Shown here: positions 63,070 to 64,000 of the stretch, one piece after another
How positions within the stretch are numbered: the stretch's first letter is position 1
How the letters are laid out: each line of letters opens with the position of its first letter
Assembly (NCBI GenBank): GCA_002633005.1
Contig: NMRA01000219.1
Location: 181,236 to 245,235 of the forward strand
Origin: Phoronis australis
Lineage: Eukaryota; Animalia; Phoronida
DNA: 64,000 nucleotides
Direction: 5' to 3'
Notes under the pieces: generated by a model
Told to the model about the DNA's origin: nothing
Database searches by the model: none
Seen by the model: only the letters and a program-made list of their open reading frames with translations
Position numbers and translations under genes: made by a program

Positions 63070-64000
63070 ACGTTTTTAATGTATGAGCCTCGTCTCTGAA
63101 TCACAGATGCCATGCTCACATTGAACTTTGGGATTAACCGTACGGGGTCACACAAATTCAGTGGACTTCCCAACAAATGTACGTGTGCAGGTAGCCTCAA
63201 AGGAAAGAATCAGCAGGGATTGTCCGAGCGACATGAGGTCCCCTGACAATCAACACTGAGTGATAGGCAAAAACGAGGAGAGAATTTATCCCAGAGCTGA
63301 GGAGAATCCAAGGAGTCCACATGAACATTTTTATTTATCAACAGCCAGGTGCCCAAATGTTTCGCCAGAATATCTGGAATGGTATTTCCCCAGAGATTAC
63401 CAATTACTCGCCGTCGGTCACAACAAGTCTAAAAAATCCTCAGTTGACAATTTCCCTTCAAGGTACTATCTGCTGCTAAGAATTGTCACAGACATCTTCT
63501 GCCTTCCTATGGTCCACGTGTAAAGAGAGTGTAAAGCTTCAATACATTTAGAAGTGTCTTTTCCTGTGGTAACGTGTTAATGAGAATTGTACGTGGACAA
63601 GCGAATCTAAGAGGACGAGTATTTCCTTAGAGACCAATCTTCGGTGGTCTCGAAATTTTGTATAGGACTTAAGCCCTCTTGCAATTGTATGAAATCTAAA
63701 ACAAGAAATAAAGTCCGGCAATGAATGTTACGATCACGCTGCTGTGCTGATGTTTATGAGCGACGTTTTGCAAGGAGGGCCGGTAGTGAACGTGACCTCT
63801 CTTTTGGGACATTGCGGATAAGTGGCGTTGACTGGACGATCACTCGGTTCCTGAGGATCTTGGAGACCACATACTTCATAGGCCAGCTTAAAATTTTCCT
63901 TTGTCGGTTTGAATGCAACATCTTGCATGACTTCTATTTGGTGGTACACGAAATTTCCAAGTATTGTGCGTTTTAAACCCACAATCGCCTCTTTGCCATG
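63070..64000 (-). pseudogene. Possible decayed coding or transposon-derived sequence, unidentified
   Basis: Open frame entering from the right edge to a stop at 63734 (...EVMQDVAFKPTKENFKLAYEVCGLQDPQ...), plus protein-like broken frames at 63070-63600. No family recognised. Confidence 0.25.

Overview
Intron-rich, AT-rich eukaryotic DNA, most likely from an invertebrate animal (inference), in a draft assembly with N-joins. I spliced four protein-coding genes by hand using GT-AG boundaries. (1) An uncharacterised HEAT/ARM-like gene on the minus strand (CDS starts at 12207 and runs off the left edge). (2) A UBE2V/MMS2-type ubiquitin-conjugating enzyme variant head-to-head with it (+, 15018-21350, 144 aa). 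(3) A convergent FBXL8-like F-box/LRR gene with one coding exon (-, 23525-24670). (4) A complete PRPF8 (-, 31038-56355, 37 coding exons, about 2365 aa). Four apparent exon duplications abut Ns and are best read as two alleles assembled in tandem; two of them expose transposon insertions present in only one allele. Non-coding DNA holds several MITE families (5-bp TSD, TAA-target, TTAA-target, foldback), SINE and LINE remnants, and a Helentron-like element whose roughly 150-bp internal repeats each carry a CTCF-consensus motif. The most unusual signals are these mobile CTCF-motif arrays (one lies between two convergent genes), a 26-bp minisatellite made of consensus 5' splice sites at the UBE2V exon 3 donor, and repeated short duplications next to splice sites. 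I found no new multi-gene system that the sequence alone supports.
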